DNA from: Marsupella aquatica
Taxonomy: Eukaryota > Plantae > Marchantiophyta
NCBI GenBank assembly: GCA_973895155.1
Contig: OZ316895.1
Coordinates: 11,148,184-11,212,183, forward strand
Reading direction: 5' to 3'
DNA length: 64,000 bases
In this document: positions 1 through 12,232 of the stretch, piece by piece
How positions within the stretch are numbered: position 1 is the first letter of the stretch
Layout: each line of letters opens with the position of its first letter
Translations under genes and position numbers: made by a program
The notes under the pieces: model-generated
Databases searched by the model: none
What the model was told of the DNA's origin: nothing
What the model saw: only the letters and a program-made list of their open reading frames with translations

Positions 1-720
1 GAGAGGACTCTGGAAAGCTATAAATCTAACTTGGAAATAGCCGATCGCCGCATCGGCGTGCAGGTTCGATACAGGCGGAATTTGGAAGAGTACATGACAA
101 TGAATCCTATCATCAACGACAGACTGATGAAGTGCGCCGTTGACAACGGAGTCCTTCCACCTTTCCTCCAGACCAACGCAACGGATGCCGAGCTGAGTGG
201 AGATGGACGAGTGGTGAAGCTGTTTATTGCGTCGCTTTTCACGGGATTTGCAGACATGTTGTCGGAGACATATCTACCTCATCCGAAATCGACTGGAGAG
301 GTCGTTAGCGTGGTTCAGCTATCGAGTGAGGCCAAGCAGAAGTATGGATTAGATGTTGATAGACAGTCCTTGCTGGAGATCATGATGCTCAGCTTTTCGG
401 ACGACATATTCGTTACTCCCCTCTCGACCTTTGGCGGGCTGGCACAAGCTTACGGTGCACTTGTACCATGGATTATCGACTTCAGATATGGCTACCAATT
501 TGGACCGTGCAAGCGCGGGCAAACGGTGGACTTGTGCTATCAGGAGGCTCATTTCAGTTACTCGTGCCCTCACGATGTAGATGTTAATGGCAAAGTCATC
601 TCCGAGGTCGTTCCATATATCAGGAATTGCCTCCAGGTCGATTCCCAACCAAACATACCACCTGGCTTCCAACTCATCACCGCTATTCCATCCAAGTCTG
701 GGCAGCAGCCGGAAGCTTGA
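1..720 (+). CDS. Xyloglucan/galactoside 2-alpha-L-fucosyltransferase (GT37, FUT1-like), 3' part; 5' end lies upstream of the window
   Basis: Frame +1 is open from base 1 to TGA at 718-720. Motifs IGVQVR, LFIASL, GEVVSVVQ, EIMMLSFSD-VTPLSTFGGLAQAYGALVPWI and a C-terminal PC...C are typical of plant GT37 enzymes. Confidence 0.85.
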   Translation, partial: ERTLESYKSNLEIADRRIGVQVRYRRNLEEYMTMNPIINDRLMKCAVDNGVLPPFLQTNATDAELSGDGRVVKLFIASLFTGFADMLSETYLPHPKSTGEVVSVVQLSSEAKQKYGLDVDRQSLLEIMMLSFSDDIFVTPLSTFGGLAQAYGALVPWIIDFRYGYQFGPCKRGQTVDLCYQEAHFSYSCPHDVDVNGKVISEVVPYIRNCLQVDSQPNIPPGFQLITAIPSKSGQQPEA

Positions 721-763
721 GCTCTTCTCATTTTCCAACTCGAGAAAAGTGAAAGATTGCATT

Positions 764-1208
764 TGTTGAACAGCACGCTCGTATTCAGCGTGCTGTGGAG
801 AGGGAGAGATTCACTAGAAAGATTGAACCCATAGCGAAAATGGAGCGTGTTATATTGTACCGTCGTTAGATCACGAACCATTGTAACATAGCTTAAACGG
901 AGCTTGTGACGTTGTACCATCGTCAGATTTCGCGAAATGTGGTCACCAGAGAAAGACATACGGATCAATCATGATCAATGGTCACAAGAGAAAGGCAGAT
1001 CAATCTACGGTAGGAAAGACAATATACAACTCACAAACAATGTAATCACTAAATCCTATAGCGGATAATTCGCCTTGATAACCGGTGGAGTGGAGCCAGG
1101 ACAAACTGAGTAGTGGAGCTGATCCGAGTGTGATCTCCAAATGATGCTTTGGCACTTGGAAGTGTAGATCCAAATAACTTCCTATGAAAGGCTAAGTTAC
1201 TGTCAACA
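764..1208 (-). repeat. Putative 3' LTR (445 bp) of the outer copia
   Basis: Bounded by TGTTGA...TCAACA and directly preceded on the minus strand by a purine-rich tract AGAGCGAGGG (1209-1218). No partner LTR in the window to confirm it. Confidence 0.7.
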
Positions 1209-1252
1209 CCCTCGCTCTAAGGGCTAAAGTGTTCCTAAGCAGATAGGAAAAG

Positions 1253-1714
1253 ATGGGGCACATAATGGCGCAGATGCAGATCAGAATGTCGTGGACCTGC
1301 TGGATATATACAGGTATGTGGCTGATGTTGTCAAGCTTGCGAAAGGTGGTTTCTTTAGTGGATCTAAAGCTGGAACATCTGCAACGGAGACTAGCTGAGA
1401 AGACAAGCCATGGGATAGATGTGGATGATGGTAAGCAAATGCTGAAACCCGTGACAGACAGCGTAGTGAATTGTTACATTCTCACAAAGTCGAGGAAGCA
1501 GATTGGGCCTTATGAGCTGATGTCCTATAGATGTATAAATAGAGCGTGGCAGGATGCGTTGAAAAATACAGAAGAGTGGACAGCCTTGGAATGGATGAAA
1601 CGTGAAGTATCGAGCAGAAAGTATAAGTCTCGTCAGGAACAGATTCAAAGGTATTGGTTCAATCTTCATGACTTACAAGAAGAGATCCAGAAAAATCCAT
1701 GGAGTAAAGTATAA
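1253..1714 (+). CDS. Antisense ORF of the outer copia, F-box-like
   Basis: The 153-aa ORF fills the space between the PPT and the pol stop and converges on pol. LKPVTDSVVNCYILTK...ELMSYRCINRAWQDAL...EEW resembles the F-box consensus. Confidence 0.45.
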   Translation: MGHIMAQMQIRMSWTCWIYTGMWLMLSSLRKVVSLVDLKLEHLQRRLAEKTSHGIDVDDGKQMLKPVTDSVVNCYILTKSRKQIGPYELMSYRCINRAWQDALKNTEEWTALEWMKREVSSRKYKSRQEQIQRYWFNLHDLQEEIQKNPWSKV

Positions 1715-2034
1715 ACCATTTCAGGATGGCAGCATTGCAGCAGAAATGTGTGGGTGTTCAGAGTGAGATAATACGGTCTTCATGAGATTAGAAAGATCCA
1801 GTACTCCAATGGCTGTTCGATGTCGTTCAAAATGTGGTCGGGACAAGGCCTTGGTAAGTACATCAGCAGGTTGCTGATCGGTTGGAATGTATTTTAGACT
1901 GATCTCCCCCTCAAGGACGCATTCCCGAAAAAAATGATGGTGAACTTCAATGTGCTTAGTGCGTGCATGAAAAATTGGATTACGGGCAAGCTTGATGGCG
2001 CCTTCATTGTCACAGTGAAGAACTGTGTTCGATG

Positions 2035-2337
2035 TGTTGGAATTTGTCAGTCCTGTCCATTGCTGACTCCCTTTGGCTCATTGTCGGGAGTTGTTTTTTT
2101 ACTGGCTGTCTCGGACTCGCTGCAGTAGTCGGTAGGCAGTCTTCCCTAGATCCGTTTTTGGATCAGTCTGACTGCGCCCCACTTAGCACAGTCCTAACCA
2201 TAATTAGTTAGTCTGATCCCGGGATTATCCCTGTCGGCTGCTTGCCGCTGGTGCCTACTTACGCCCTCACTTAAGCTGTATATAATGAGCCTCAGCGCTC
2301 CCGATTAATCAAGTTTCACACATTGAAAACTTCCACA
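2035..2337 (+). repeat. 5' LTR of inner copia
   Basis: TGTTGG...TTCCACA, repeated at 7860-8162 with scattered substitutions. Confidence 0.95.
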
Positions 2338-2349
2338 TGGTATCAGAGC
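2338..2349 (+). promoter_or_regulatory. Primer-binding site, tRNA-iMet type
   Basis: TGGTATCAGAGC immediately follows the 5' LTR. Confidence 0.92.
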
Positions 2350-2400
2350 ACTGCTCCTGGAACCCTCATACTCATACTGATAGAGTAAGCGGTAATCACC

Positions 2401-5400
2401 ATGGCTTCAGGCGACGCAACCAAGCTCTCTTTTTCAGATAGCGACAAGTTAACTGGGGCACACAATTACATTGTGTGGTCCTTTTATGTTGAGCAAATTC
2501 TGAGAGAAAGAGACCTCTGGGAGATTGTCGACCCCACCACGAATACACCTACTCCAACAGCTGGAGGAAGTAACGCTGCCCAGCAGCATACTCCCTCACA
2601 AGCACAAAGCGCAGCATCAGCATCTTCTGAAGGAGGCGATGCTCAGCAGCGACCTGCAGCTACCAGTGGACCCGCAGCAGGTGCATCAAAGAGCCTGGCT
2701 GACGTCCAGAAGCAGGAGGACAGGGTAATCATTATACTTACCAAGACCGTCCATTCTTCTATTATTCCTATCGTTCGAAGGCTTAGTAAGGATCCTGCCA
2801 AGCTGTGGGCTATCCTTAAGCAAAAGTTTGAGTCATCAGCACTCCAATGAAAGCTGGATCTCAAGTTCGCTCTTGCTGAAGCTCGCATGAGTGAGGGGTC
2901 CTCAGTGGAGGCCTACCTCAAGAAGATCGAGTACCATGTAATGCAACTAGGCAGCATAGGAGAGGAAATAGACAACAAGGAACTCATTCATATTGTGCTA
3001 AGAAATTTGCCTGCAAGCTGGTCTGCGTTCAAATCAGTCTATAGTGTCATGTATGCCAAGGATCCTCTAGCCAATTTTTCAGATCTGGAGGAGTATTTAT
3101 AGGCTGAAGAATTCAGTCGTAAACCACACAACGAAGCTGATGAGCAATCTCTGCTTGCCCTCACTTACCCAAAACATGGAGAGGGAAGTAGAGGTCATCG
3201 TGGACGCGGAAGGGGACGTCATGACCGAGGAAGACCTCATAGAGCATATGATGGTGGACCAGATCGACGAAACTGCAACTTCTGTGGGAAGCAAGGCCAC
3301 TGGGAAGCTGACTGCTTCATTAAAACGGCTGACACAGAGATCAAGACGATGTCTGTGTCTCAGTTGAAGGACCTGCACTCGAAAATCAAAGACATCAAAG
3401 CCACTCCTGCATCCAAGGCATACTTTGCTGAGGGGGACATTGGAGACAACAACTCTGAGTTTGGTGAATCCAGTGATCCCAAATCTTCACTCACTATTGA
3501 AGCAATGCTCAGTGAACTTGATGTCAACAGCACTAAAGACAAGACCTGGATTCTTGACAGTGGAGCCTCAGCTCACATTAGTCGAGACAATAGTGGTTTT
3601 GTGAATCTTACTGCATGGAGGTGCCTCTACCTCCACTGTCTTGATGGCCAATGGCTCTAAAATGCCAGTCACAGGATCTGGATCTATTCGAGATGTTTTG
3701 TATGTACCGTCTATTGCTAGAAATTTACTCTCCGTTGGCAAGTTCACTGATCAAGGCCACTCCGTGCTGTTCAATTCATCTAGCTGCTATATATTTGATC
3801 CAAATAGACCATCACAGCCCTACCTCAAGGGCTATAGAGATCCTCGTAGCAAGCTATACAAGGTGAAGTTGCCAGACCATCCTCCCGGGAGAAATCTAGC
3901 TAAGCCTATGCTGCTGCACCCCAAGCTATCTTCTCAATGTCACCTGGCCGAATCACGACTATCTCAAACAGAGCTCTGGCATCAACGTTTGGGACACTCT
4001 AGTCATCAACGTATAAGCTACATGATCCGGAAGGAGTTAATCACGGGAGCTCCATCTTCACTCCCTACCCCTGACCAACTATGCGAGACTTGCATAAAAG
4101 GGAAGCAATCTCGTCATCACATACCTAAGCTTGCAACATCTCGTGCAACTAAAACTCTGGAATTAATCCACTCTGACCTCTGTGGTCCCTTACCGGTTGC
4201 CTCTCTCTGTGGAGCAAGGTACATAATGACATTCACCGATGACTTCTCTCGACACTCATGGGTCTACTTTCCAAGAACCAAAGACGAAGCCTTAAACATA
4301 TTCAAAATCTTCAAGCAGGAAGTCGAGACCTCTCTCAGCGCAAAAATCATGTGTCTACGCAGCAACAGAGGGGGAGAGTATATGTCAGATTTATTCAAAT
4401 CATTTTGTCAGCAGCAAGGCATACACAGGCAGCTCACCATAGCAGGAACCCCTCATCAGAATGGGGTAGCAGAACGTAAAAACCGGACCCTTCTTAATAT
4501 CGTACGTAGCTTGTCAATTGGCTCAAACTTTCCAGCCTACCTATGGGAAGAATTGGTCAACACAGCCAATTACATCAACAATAGATGTAGCACACGAGCC
4601 TTGAATCTCTCTACCCCCACTGAATGTCTGACGGGTATCAAACCAGACGTCAGTCATTTTTGTATTATAGGAAGTACAGCACATGTCCACATACCCAAAG
4701 AAATGCGCAACAAGCTCCAGCCAAAATCAATATGAACTGTGCTTATAGGCTACGACAACAATAGCAAGGCATATCGCTACTTCGGTCCAGAATCACGTAA
4801 AATCCTCATCTCTCGGGCTCGGGGGTCTCACTATATGGGGACCTCCCCATCGCCTGTGACGTTTTTAGGCCTCAGACCCCCTAAAATGTAAGAAAAAAAT
4901 ATTATTTTTTAACCCCTATAAAGTTGGAATATTCTTGGAATATTCTAAAATTTGGATTAAAAAGACCCTTATATTCTTATAAGTCTCAAAATTGAATTTA
5001 AAAGACCCTATTGTTCTTCTACAAAAATTCTTAAGTCTTCCCTTAGAACCAATAAAATGACCCTATCCTTCGTTGCACGTGATATGCCATTTTTGTGGAA
5101 GTGAGACCCCCGAGCTCTCGGGATGTGATCTTTGATGAGTCCACTCAAGGGGATTTCTCAACAACTCAAGTTCATCAACAAGAAAGCATACTCGACTTGT
5201 TCCCGTTTGATGACAACTCTGATAGTGAGCCAGTCACTGCAAATCAGGTCCCAGTTGTTGACTCAACTACTCCTGAAATGGACCTACCAACCTCAGACTC
5301 CATCGACAATTCACCAATGGAGCAGGCAGCTGAGATTCCTGACTCTTCATCACCCTTCACCGATACTCCAACGGCTGTTCCTGAACCACGCCAAGTCCGA

Positions 5401-7167
5401 AGGGCACGTCAACGGGCATCACAACGAGCACTCCAACGACCACGATCACCATCTGGTAGGATGACGTCGCACCCCTATTGGCTTTCTGATTTTACATCAT
5501 ACATCTCATAAACCACCGAGCAGCTCTTCTTGGCCCTACTTGCTGAATCTATCGACAATATCTCAGTCAATGATGCTCTCTCCGACTCGCGTTGGGTCAG
5601 TGCTATGCAACTCAAAATGGATGCACATCGCAAAAATGGCACCTGGGAACTTGTCAATCTCCCTCCCGAAGAGAAAGTGCTTTCAGCCAGGTGGGTGCTT
5701 AGAGAAAAACTTGACCAAGAAGGAAATGTCAAGTTCAAGGCCCGGGTAGTCGCCAGGGGGAATGAGCAACGTGAGGGATTGGACTACAAAGAAACCTTTG
5801 CTCCCGTAGTCAAGTGGTCTACAGTTAGGCTGATAGTAGCACTTGCAGCATCTCTTGGTTGGCCCTTATCACACATGGATATAGTGACGGCATTTCTCAA
5901 CGACACTCTTAGAGAAACAATCTACATGATGCAGCCCCCAGGGTTTCTGACCCCAGGCCAAGAAAAGCTGGTATGTAGACTCAGAAAATCCATTTATGGG
6001 CTCAAGCAAAGCCCTCGAGCATGGTATGAAGAAGTGGACTCCTTCCTTCGCTCAATTGGGTGCAAACGTAGCTCCCTTGATCCCAATCTGTATACTATGC
6101 ATAGGGATGGAAAAATTGCAATCATTCTGCTCTTTGTTGATGATCTTCTACTCACTGGTAGTGGAATAGATCTCATAATTGAACTAAAGGAGCAGCTGAA
6201 AGCAAAGTACGAAATGAAAGATCTAGGAGCAGCAAAGAGATATTTGGGCGTTGATTTTCTTGCTACAGAAACAGGGATACTACTGCATCAAAAGCACTAC
6301 TCAGATCAACTCGTTCTTGACTATGGTATGGATAAATGTAAGCCTGTAGCCACCCCGTTACCAGAAGGCCTTGAGCTCTCTGCGGAGACCAACACTCAAG
6401 ACATCGACTCCATGGATTACAGTCAACTTGTTGGGAAACTCATATATCTCACTAACACACGTCCAGACATTTCATTTTCAGTTGGATTAGTGAGCAGATT
6501 TATGAGTCAACCACAACAAGCTCACCTTGATGCTGCCATGCACATTGTTCGCTATGTCAGTGGAACATCTGATCTGGGAGTATTCTACGCCAAGGATAGT
6601 CCTCTTGACTTAGAAGGATTCACTGATTCTGATTGGGGAAATTCCTGTCCCGACACGAGAAGGTCAACTGGCGGATACATATTCAAGCTCTCCGAAGGTC
6701 CTGTTACCTGGAGTAGCAAAAGGCAACCAACGGTGTCCCGGTCCACCACAGAAGCAAAATACAAAGCACTCTCGGATGGTGCCCAAGAAGGAGTCTATCT
6801 TAAACGGCTACTTGAAGAACTGCAAAGTAATGACTCTCCTCCAAGCAAAGTCCATTGCAAGAACAGCGATGTCACAACAGACCTGGTGAACGCAACTCCG
6901 ACACTTCAAGACTTACACTTAAATTGTGATAACATGAGCGCTGTTAAGCTTGCAAAAAATCCAGTGTTCCATGCCCGAACGAAACATTTGGAAATACATC
7001 ACCACTTTGTAAGAGAACGAGTACTCGAAGGGGAACTTTCTATACATCACGTCAAATCTGAAGATCAAGTAGCTGACATCTTGACAAAGTCACTGTCGAA
7101 GATAAAGTTCATTAGAAACCGAGATGTATTAGGAATGCGATCAGTAACCCAACTGCAGTCAGGATGA
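2401..7167 (+). pseudogene. Copia gag-pol polyprotein, disrupted
   Basis: Gag (NYIVWS, LPASW), protease WILDSGASAH, GAG-pre-integrase WHQRLGH/CETC, integrase HSDLCGP...QNGVAERKNRTL, RT KARVVARG/LFVDD, RNase H FTDSDW/CDN. Stops at 2848, 3100, 4733 and 5508, plus frameshifts and a MITE insertion. Confidence 0.93.
4818..5114. mobile_element. 297-bp MITE with CTCGGGGG termini and 8-bp TSD
   Basis: Perfect 15-bp TIR CTCGGGGGTCTCACT and TSD CTCTCGGG (4810-4817, 5115-5122). Removal restores the copia motif KILISRDVIFDE. Confidence 0.93.
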
Positions 7168-7237
7168 TTGACACCCATAGAGTAAATTCTCCTCATTAAG
7201 GCCACTGACATTGCTCTATTTAGCCTAGTCTGAATTT

Positions 7238-7717
7238 CTAGCGCGCTCTAGCTTGCTCCTTCGCTAGATACAATTCTGCCTCGCTACGAGTCTTGAACAA
7301 CTTATACTTGTTGCCTCGGAAGCCGCTCACTAATGGCTCTACCTCCTCCCAAGTAGTGTAGATCCCCGGGCATCGACCTCATGCCACAGCATAATATCTT
7401 CTGGGCAACTCCTTCGAGAAATCTTGAGCTCCATCTTCTATTGGCAGGCATTCAGGATCTCCCTTGCATACAGGAGCGCTTGGCTCTAATGAATGCATCA
7501 TCTCTCCAGCTGCCTCAATCTCTATCGAAGTGCCAGCAAGTGACACCGATGTCTCTGGATCCCCAACAGGGGGAGTCGTCTCTTCTGCTTGGGGTGTGCT
7601 GCCATGACTACATACCAAATAGTCGTAAGCACTCCGGGAAAGCGCCAATATGAACTCCAACAGGGAAAGAACCAAATGCATCACTGATTCCTTTAACGTT
7701 GCCTCCTCGTGTGCCAT
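7238..7717 (-). pseudogene. Antisense ORF of inner copia with RNase H1 N-terminal / caulimovirus viroplasmin (Cauli_VI) hybrid-binding domain; one premature stop
   Basis: Manual translation past the TGA at 7379-7381 gives RRYYAVA*GRCPGIYTTWEEVEPLVSGFRGNKYKLFKTRSEAELYLAKEQARAR-stop(7238). Confidence 0.82.
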
Positions 7718-7859
7718 GGCCGTCCAAACTCTGGGTGCACTTATGTCATGTATATACTTAGATCAAGTTGACTCATAAGGTTGCGTCACTTCTCTCTCTC
7801 TCTCACAGCTAAATTTATGTCGACCTTGGTGGTCACAGCGAGCCACAGTCGAGAGTGGG

Positions 7860-8162
7860 TGTTGGAATTTGTCAATCCTGTCCGTTGCTGACTCCCTTTG
7901 GCTCATTGTCGGGAATTGTTACTTTACTGGCTGTCTCAGACTCGCTGCAGTAGTTGGTAGGCAGTCTTCCCTAGATCCGTTTCTAGATCAGTCTGACTGC
8001 GCCCCACTTAGCACAGTCCTAACCATAATTAGTTAGTCTGATCCCGGGATTATCCCTATCGGCTGCTTGCTGCTGGCGCCTACTTGCGCCCTCACTTAAG
8101 CTGTATATAATGAGCCTCAGCGCTCCCAATTAATCAAGTTTCACACATTGAAAACTTCCACA
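7860..8162 (+). repeat. 3' LTR of inner copia
   Basis: Copy of 2035-2337, preceded by the PPT and followed by TSD CGATG. Confidence 0.95.
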
Positions 8163-9540
8163 CGATGATGGTAGAGCAGCAAGAATGTGAGAATCTTTAC
8201 ATTGCAGTGAAACTTCAAGATCCACAATGAGTTGAAGTTTGAGAAGTACACGTTGTAGATAGACAGCTTCTTGAGCTCTAGACAATAATGCCATGTACTC
8301 AGATTCCAGACGATAATGCCATGTACTCAGATTCGGTAGAAGATTTGCTGGTAGTAGCTTGGCGTTTGCTGTGCCAAGAAACCGGGCTAGGACCAAGTGT
8401 TAAAATGTAGGCCCCAACAGAGCGGCGAGTCGTAGGGCAGGTAGCCCAATCTGCATCAGTGTAAGCAGAGAGGGTGAGGGGAGTGTTGCGCTGATAAAAA
8501 ATACCATAGTGAGTAGTGTGCCAGAGGTAGCAAAATATGTGCTTCGTTGCTTGCATGTGATCCTTCCGAGGATCTTGCATAAATCGGCTCACAAGACCAA
8601 CTGCAAAGGATAAGTCTGGGCTGGTGTTGGTATTTCCGAATCGGGCCAAGGTCCTTCATGCTAAAATGTTGACGTAGCTCAGCTTGGTGTGAAGCAGTGA
8701 CAACGTCATTACTGCCAGTGATATAAAAATCATCAACATGAGTAAGAAGTATAGTGAGGTCAGTCCCAACACAAATATGGTAAAGATTGTTGTCAAGCAT
8801 TGTCATCACGAAACTGAGTTGTATATGTATTTGACATAACTAAGTTGGATTAGTACATGGTTTCTTTGTCAATTCTATGAGTGTACTGGACAATCATTTT
8901 GTATCAAACTGCTTAATATGCTAAGTTGATGTTGGTTGTATGTGATTCTGATGTAAATTGGATTGCATATCCCATTGACACATATGAGTCATAACTTTTA
9001 CATCAAAACATATCATGGCTTAACTGAACAAATGTCAGTTAGATATCCAGTAGACATTAAAAATTAACAATAGATTGCTACCATATGTCCATGTATTAAA
9101 CATAAAAGATTGCATATAGATGATGTAGTAATATTGACTTAATAATGGGTAAGAAGTAGTTATTGGGTTGTGCATGCAGCTCATTTTACCACACATCTCT
9201 TACTTTACTTTACTATGATTGCAGCACGTCGACCCTTTTTTAATGTTTTCATACTCGAACACATGTTATCAAGGCGGGAGGGCGTTGTCATCACAAAACT
9301 AGTTATAAGTTGATTGTATGTTGAATTGATGTAGAATAGATTGTTGTATTTCTCTACATCAGTTTGATATAGTTTCTTTGGCATTTACATGGCCTTATGC
9401 ATCATAGACCATTCATCCATTCTACATACATTTGATATCATTACCATGAACTTAATATATTAGAGTCTGTTGTAGACAATACATAACATTGGTGTTGTAA
9501 ACTTGTCCATAATATGAATGTTTTGTCACAATTATATGTT

Positions 9541-9700
9541 CCATTGATGACCTATATATGTTAAATACTCACCTAGTTTATATCCTCCATTGATGACTTA
9601 TACATGTTAAATACTCATTTAGGTTATGTCTTCTATTGATGACTTGTAGATGTTAAATACACATCTAGTTTACATATCCCATTGATAACTTATATATGTC
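9541..9700. repeat. Tandem repeat, 46-bp unit, about 3.5 copies
   Basis: C(C/T)ATTGAT(G/A)AC recurs at 9541, 9587, 9633 and 9679, followed by ATGTTAAATAC in the full copies. Confidence 0.8.
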
Positions 9701-11529
9701 TAATATAATCACTTGGCATTTGCTTAGAAATCCATTGCCATGCATTCAAGACACTTTGAATTCAAGATCTAGGCAACCCATGATAGTTCAAACAATCAAA
9801 AGAAATTGTAACTTGGATCTCAAGGTAATTAATGCAATATGGTTCAAAAATGACAATACAAACACCTCAACAGTAAGAAAGATTTTACTCGCTCAATGTA
9901 CATTCCACCACAAGTATTTATTTTTTGTGTCTACTGAAAACAATCTTCTACAATAAATTTGAATCTACTCAGGAAAAAGGTCTCATCCTGAGTAAAGTTT
10001 GGGACAACATGAACTACCCTAGCAATATTGGCCACATCAATAACCATATAAGGAAGTCTAATAATCTGTTTCTGTCTACTGGTGGGCAAGTTGACTCCAG
10101 GCATAACATCATCAACCCATTTTAACTTCTCACACCGTAAGGTTTTCCAATCATCATCCCGTGGTAACCTCTGCAGCAATCTTACAAATGCTAGGTTAAG
10201 CTCTATTCTCTTTCAACTATCACAATCAAACAATCCACAAGAGAAAAGCAGTCTAAGCTGTCCAATCCATGTTACTGGGCTGTCCCCTCCTGCCTCCATC
10301 TGCACAGATACAAACCCATACCAAGGTCTGCCATGAAAACTCCTACATGCTCGTGTGTACATAGGCCAGTCTGAAACCTGTCGCCTTCTCCAGCTGGAAC
10401 AGCTAGCCCTTTCCATACCTGAATATTATCTGGAAAGGTGAAGTTATGTCCTTTCAAGTGATCATCCAATGCATACCTCAAATATTGTTGTATTTCCAGC
10501 TGGAACCCAAACAGAGATCTAACATCAGCTGGTATGGAATCTTCGCCACAAACATGATTTCAGACCAAATGAGAACTATTTCCGCAAACGAGAAGTGTGT
10601 TTTCATTTTCCGCCGATCCTCACGAAATCGACAACTTTTTTAATGGAAAACCCGTTTTTACTCCCAAAATCTATTTTGTATCAGAGTTTGGATTGAATTA
10701 GAAAATTCAAGAATGTTCAGAACCACTAAAGTTCATGGTGTTAGACATTGAATTTATCTTGGAAAATAAAGATCCAAAAAGCGTTAGCCAAACCTTTAGG
10801 ATCATTTTATCCCAAAACCATTTCTTGACCTAACTCCGATACTCCTATCGGACTCCGCATTTCACCCACAAAAGTTTCTTCAGAACTCCAATTTTGCCAG
10901 GTTTTAGTTATTTATCGTAACATTTTTACATCACAGTTGATACAAAGTTACCGCGTGGTTTGTCAAACTTACCTCACAGTTACCTCCACAATAGAACACA
11001 ATAACTATACACATGCATAGTCAACACACCGTTGTTGCACCGACAATGTGCAGTCCGATAAAATTATCGCAAAAAATACATATGGCAATACAAACATCTA
11101 TAAATGTATTGCTCATATTTGTAAATCGCAAAATTTTGCATGACAAATCTTCAATCCGCAATACAATCTACTATATCTTTATCGCTCAAATTTATAAATT
11201 GCAAGACTTTGTCGGGCAAAACATTTGATTCGCAATTTAGATAGCCATAAATTTCTCTTTTTTTGGAGGAAATTGAAAAACACGCGTGCACCACACAAAG
11301 AAAACAATATGGATGTTCTAGAACATACCTAGGTGTGCTATTTTGTCATTTAGCAAGGCGTCCAATCAAAAGTTGGACTTGGGCCTTTCCCAAAACCAAA
11401 AGTACAATGTCATGGTTATATTTGGCTCATTCATGGTTTCATAGTCTAAACATGACTACCTTCACACGTTCATGGACCAAGTTAAAATTTCTCTTAGTTT
11501 TTGAGACTTTCTATATATTGCAATTATTT

Positions 11530-12232
11530 GTTAGATGTGTCAGCAATAGATTTTGAGTAACAAAAATTATTCATAGTATTACCGTGTATTGGAAGGTAAC
11601 ATGGACAACATAACACCAGTATTAGATTCCTCCTTATGTTTTGGGTACTCCTGGTTGGTCCCTCGAGGTTAGATCCACTAGCATGAGGTTTTGAGTAACA
11701 AAGCTTATCCTTATTATTACCTTGTATTGGAAGATGACATGGACAACATAACACCAGTATTAGATTGGGCTCACTTAGGGCTTCAAAATGAGTCCAAACA
11801 TGACTATCTGTGAAGATCCACAAACATTCTTAGTTTTATAACTTTCTATAATGATAAAACAATATCAATCTTTGGAATCCAAACAACAATAAATTTATCA
11901 AAACTTTCATTCCTCCTTATGTTTTGGGTACTCCTGGTTGGTCCCTCGAGGTTAGATCCATTAGCATGAGGTTTTGAGTAACAAAGCTTATCCTTATTAT
12001 TAACTTGTATTTGAAGATAATATAAACACCATAACACCAGTATCAGATTGGGCTCACCGAGGGCTTCAAAATGAGTTCAAACATGACTATCTATGTAGAC
12101 TAAAAAAAACTACTATCATTCTTAGTTTTGTAACTTTCTATAATGATAAAACAATATCAATCTTTGGAATCCAAACAACGATAAATGTATCAAAACTTTC
12201 ATTCCTCCTTCTATTTTGGGTACTCCTGGTTC
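11530..12232. repeat. Tandem duplication of a roughly 285-bp unit (about 2.5 copies)
   Basis: TTCCTCCTT.T.TTTTGGGTACTCCTGGTT recurs near 11626, 11910 and 12202 with matching flanks. Confidence 0.8.

Larger units (their letters stand above)
2035..8162 (+). mobile_element. Full-length Ty1/copia LTR retrotransposon
   Basis: Two near-identical 303-bp TG...CA LTRs, 5-bp TSD CGATG (2030-2034 and 8163-8167), PBS TGGTATCAGAGC, PPT GAGAGTGGG and domain order gag-PR-IN-RT-RH. Confidence 0.97.
764..8797 (-). mobile_element. Older Ty1/copia element, 3' half only (RT-RNase H, antisense ORF, PPT, 3' LTR), interrupted by a younger copia
   Basis: Minus-strand RT/RNase H remnants at 8163-8797 (HVDD, TDADWA, SSTESEY) join in frame, after removing 2035-8162 and one TSD copy, to 1721-2034 (LPSSNTVLHCDNEGAIKLARNPIFHARTKHIE...ADVLTK). 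The 5' half is not found in the window, so the 8797 boundary is approximate. Confidence 0.85.

Noticed and set aside
8279-8335. Short direct repeat in the outer copia RNase H
   Set aside because: It is a local tandem duplication causing a frameshift, i.e. ordinary decay.
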